Of a stretch of DNA of 64,000 bases, positions 62,001 through 64,000 are shown piece after piece. The DNA comes from Dehalococcoidia bacterium (GTDB lineage: Bacteria > Chloroflexota > Dehalococcoidia > UBA2979), in assembly GCA_963692775.1 (NCBI GenBank), contig OY839116.1, forward strand, positions 1,542,544-1,606,543. The letters run 5' to 3'. Under the pieces are notes generated by a model, which saw nothing but the letters and a program-made list of their open reading frames with translations, had not been told where the DNA came from and did no database searches. Numbering within the stretch: the stretch's first letter is position 1; each line of letters opens with the position of its first letter. The position numbers and the translations under genes are program-made.

Positions 62001-62879
62001 GTAGCCGTCGGCGGTCAGGCCCTCGGGGATACCGGGGTCGGGCAGCAGCGTGCGCCCGAAGTCGAGCCGGATGTCGACCTGCTCGGAGATGCGCGAGGTG
62101 GCGTCGCAGGCCTCGGGCAGTTCGGGCAGCAGCGCGCGCATCTCCTCCTCGGAGCGGAGGTAGAAGGTGCCGCCCTCGAGCTTCATGCGGTCGGTCTCGT
62201 GGATCGTCGAGTTGGTGCCGATGCAGAGCAGCACGTCGTGGGGGTGCTCCTGCTCGGGCGCGGTGTAGTGCGAGTCGTTGGTCAGCACCAGCGGCAGCTC
62301 GAACTCGCGGGCGAGCGAGACGAGGCGAGGGTTGAGGCGGCTGAACTGCTCCTGGCCGTGCTCCTGCAGCTCGACGTAGTAGCGGCCGGGGAAGACGTCG
62401 GCGTACCAGCCGAGGGCCTCGCGGGCGTCGGGCTCGCGCTCCTCCTGGAGCGCCGTCATTACCTCGCCGGAGGGGCAGGCGGAGAGCGCGATCAGGCCCT
62501 CGTTGTGCCGTTCGAGCAGCTCGCGGTCGACGCGCGGCCGGTAGTAGAAGCCTTCCAGGTGCGAGGCACTGGAGAGCTTGAGCAGATTGCGGTAGCCGGT
62601 CTCGTTCTGCGCGAGCAGGGTGAGGTGGAAGGGGGTGCGCGAGGCGGCGCTGCGGTCGAAGCGGCTGCCGGGCGCGACGTAGCCCTCGAGGCCGATGATC
62701 GGCTTGATCCCGTTGGCGCGCGCCTCCTCGTAGAACTGGAGGGCGCCGTGCAGGTTGCCGTGGTCGGTGATCGCGAGGGCGTCCTGCCCGAGCGCCTTCG
62801 CGCGCGCGACGAGGTCCGGGATGGTGCTGAGCCCGTCCAGCAGTGAGTACTCGGTGTGTGTATGAAGGTGCGTGAACAT
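59085..62879 (-). CDS. dnaE: DNA polymerase III alpha subunit
   Basis: PHP domain MFTHLHTHTEYSLLDG, Pol-beta-like palm, OB fold, then NG/A-rich linker and a roughly 90-aa C-terminal domain; 1264 aa. Confidence 0.95.
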   Translation of the reverse strand: MFTHLHTHTEYSLLDGLSTIPDLVARAKALGQDALAITDHGNLHGALQFYEEARANGIKPIIGLEGYVAPGSRFDRSAASRTPFHLTLLAQNETGYRNLLKLSSASHLEGFYYRPRVDRELLERHNEGLIALSACPSGEVMTALQEEREPDAREALGWYADVFPGRYYVELQEHGQEQFSRLNPRLVSLAREFELPLVLTNDSHYTAPEQEHPHDVLLCIGTNSTIHETDRMKLEGGTFYLRSEEEMRALLPELPEACDATSRISEQVDIRLDFGRTLLPDPGIPEGLTADGYLRQLCEEGLERRYRDPGEEQRERLRYELEVIAETGFAEYILIVRDIARFAREQRIPMGVRGSAAASIVLYCLDVTDIEPTQYRLVFERFLNPERREMPDVDFDFADDRREEVIRYAAERYGRDRVAQIVTFGTLGAKAAIRDSGRALGMSYGEVDRVARLVPNSLGITLDQALNEVEDLRRATEEDQAVAELLDTARSLEGVARHASTHAAGIVISREPLVDVAPLQRATSAREDDEQPLPTTQFDMNDVAKIGLLKLDFLGLANLTILGRAADLIGEHLGEPLDLESIPDGDEATADLLREGRTFGVFQLEGGGMRRWVTELQPRDIRELAAMIALYRPGPMEHIQRYVDVKHGRAAPHYPHENLAGVLDETYGVITYQDQVLEIARTFAGYSLGHADVMRKAMGKKIPEVMLAERDSFIEGALANGHDRRLAEQLFDLIEPFAGYAFNKAHAFSYGVIAYRTAWLKAHYPVQFMTAVLMAAGAHPTGAQERIAAAIAECLRLGISVLPPDVNRSGVNFAIERLGDPASGEEPAIRFGMAQIKNVGAAAVEGLVAEREKDGPFGSIEDFARRVNARDCNRRVLESLAKAGALDRLGSDGVDRSAIVYGVDRILTVAQEAQRQRDTGQTSMFDLFGDEVDTPLPALELEAVATPQRELLGWERELLGAYVSAHPFREGAQRLAEHVTHQTPELTAELAGLEAVVAGMVTGVRRLTTRQGKAFAAVTVEDLSGTAELTVWPDSYEQHQALLVHGNVLLAKVEVRERGDRLTLAVAELAPYDPEKGKPLNFDPARFTPSRGRRQQRGADRAAANGNGAAPHLEAVPPIPEAAANGNGHGAPAAAQPGGNGAHGPAAAANGARRNGAPGGRRPRPGPPPDGPQRLWILIEETTDSGADRRRLGKIVQLLEAHPGAQPVEIELQAQDGRSERLRLPPVADIEALLPELKPLLGVLGSAARAGDAQSEALATAEAI

Positions 62880-63049
62880 CGGCTCTCGCTACCGAGAATC
62901 GGCTTATGTCGTTACGCGAACGCGCGTGCGGGCTGTGTCCGCAGGGTGCCGGATCGCGGCAGGGCTGTCAACCAATGGTGTACGGGCGGCAGGGTGGAAA
63001 CAGGGGAGCTTTTGTTCTATTGTAGGCTCGCGGGTGAGGAGGTGCGATC

Positions 63050-63499
63050 ATGGCGGCACAGGGGGTCTTCACGAAGACGGCGGAAACCTCAGAGGAGCAC
63101 CGCCACCGGTTCATCTGCGCCGCGTGCCGCGCCCCACTGGATTCGCTGCCGCTGGTGAATAAGGCGGCCGTGAGCATCCCGGACATGGAGGGTGCCGCGT
63201 GCCCGCGATGCAAGGGGTGGCTGTCCAGGAACCTGATGATCATCGTCGCGGATTGCGACGCGGAGGCCTGCGAGATGCGGGCGGCGATCACGCGCATCGA
63301 GCAGGGGCACGAGGCCGAGGGCTGCGAGGATTGCTACGGCATCTGCGCTCGTGGCGGCTGTCACTGCGCCCCGTTCCACCTCGATGGCTGCGAGCCTGAC
63401 TGCGTGAACGAGTGCGTCGACTGCGACATGGTGCTGGATACCCCGGAGTCCGTCGCCCTCTGGGCGGCGCGAAACCGGCAGTGGGAGGCGGCAGCGTGA
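63050..63499 (+). CDS. Cys-rich hypothetical protein (149 aa, 18 Cys in CxxC/CxxxC clusters)
   Basis: GAGGAGG RBS then ATG; lower-GC region; TGA overlaps the GTG of the downstream methyltransferase. Confidence 0.5.
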   Translation: MAAQGVFTKTAETSEEHRHRFICAACRAPLDSLPLVNKAAVSIPDMEGAACPRCKGWLSRNLMIIVADCDAEACEMRAAITRIEQGHEAEGCEDCYGICARGGCHCAPFHLDGCEPDCVNECVDCDMVLDTPESVALWAARNRQWEAAA

Positions 63500-64000
63500 C
63501 GTATCGCTTCTACGCTCACTCGTCGGAGGAGATGCGCGAGGTCGACGACGGTAGCGTTACTTTGACGGTGACCTCGCCACCGTACTGGAATTCGATCGAC
63601 TACGACATCCACACGGGCCAAGGCAACGACGCGTGGCATAGAGAGCGCGAGTATCAAGCGTTCGGCGAGACGTTTGAGGACTACCTCTCCAATATCGAGA
63701 AGGTATTCGGAGAGGTTCTCAGGGTGACGCAGGACGGCGGGTTCTGCGCCATCGTGGTTGGTACGATCCTCTATAAGGGCAAGCACTATCCGACTCCGAT
63801 GATGATTACAGAGCGCATGTTGAAAATAGGTTGGGAGTTCCACCAGGACATCATCTGGAACAAGGTGACTGGCGGAGTGAAGCGAGCGGGGTCGTTTATC
63901 CAGCGACCGCGGTCTGGGTATTACTACCCGAACATCATGACGGAGTACATCCTGGTGTTCCGCAAGTCTGGCGAACCACGGCGAGGGACCAAACAGGCAC
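63496..64000 (+). CDS. DNA methyltransferase, beta-class N4/N6 (SPPY motif IV), 3-prime truncated by window end
   Basis: N-terminus ...EVDDGSVTLTVTSPPYW matches the GD..E.L..LPD.SVDLI.TDPPY motif of N4-C/N6-A methyltransferases; alternative GTG start at 63481. Confidence 0.7.
   Translation, partial: MTYRFYAHSSEEMREVDDGSVTLTVTSPPYWNSIDYDIHTGQGNDAWHREREYQAFGETFEDYLSNIEKVFGEVLRVTQDGGFCAIVVGTILYKGKHYPTPMMITERMLKIGWEFHQDIIWNKVTGGVKRAGSFIQRPRSGYYYPNIMTEYILVFRKSGEPRRGTKQA

Noticed and set aside
62880-63049. tRNA, integrase or an attachment site at the junction between dnaE and the low-GC methyltransferase module
   Set aside because: No tRNA-like T-arm or acceptor-stem structure and no integrase or recombinase ORF within the window; the island boundary cannot be defined from this sequence.

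Overview
High-GC (about 70% overall) bacterial chromosomal window, almost completely coding, with frequent 4-bp ATGA/GTGA start-stop overlaps between adjacent genes. Gene order looks Firmicutes/Chloroflexi-like rather than classical actinobacterial. The housekeeping backbone is: gyrB, an unknown gene, a SAM methyltransferase, then nadD-obg and coaX-coaBC on the minus strand, dnaA, pepA, a PAP2-family membrane protein, rpsO-pnp, the lysine block dapB-asd-dapA, a mug glycosylase operon, purA, an M16 protease, pyrG, a Kef-type antiporter, rho, a LysM-M23 peptidase, an ECF sigma factor, the heat-shock operon hrcA-grpE-dnaK-[fic]-dnaJ-prmA-rsmE with a perfect CIRCE operator, two convergent MoxR/vWA (Bat-like) modules, a ClC channel and dnaE. 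Several lower-GC insertions sit inside this backbone and are the most interesting parts. (1) A FICD/HYPE-like class II Fic AMPylase lies between dnaK and dnaJ, preceded by an AT-rich spacer carrying three dyad-symmetric elements with a shared GAAAGTGT core. (2) A Panacea (DUF4065)-domain gene plus a small partner, with a nested inverted-repeat operator, sits between the M16 protease and pyrG and looks like a toxin-antitoxin pair. (3) A three-gene cassette of one soluble and two small multi-pass membrane proteins follows dapA. (4) A translationally coupled two-gene cassette is inserted between dapB and asd. (5) A Cys-rich small protein coupled to a beta-class SPPY DNA methyltransferase lies after dnaE at the low-GC window edge. 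Low-complexity extensions are notable: an RGG tail on PNPase, an RD-rich N-terminal insert in Rho, and an NG-rich linker in DnaE. All functional calls come from reading the translated ORFs for family motifs; no database search was run.
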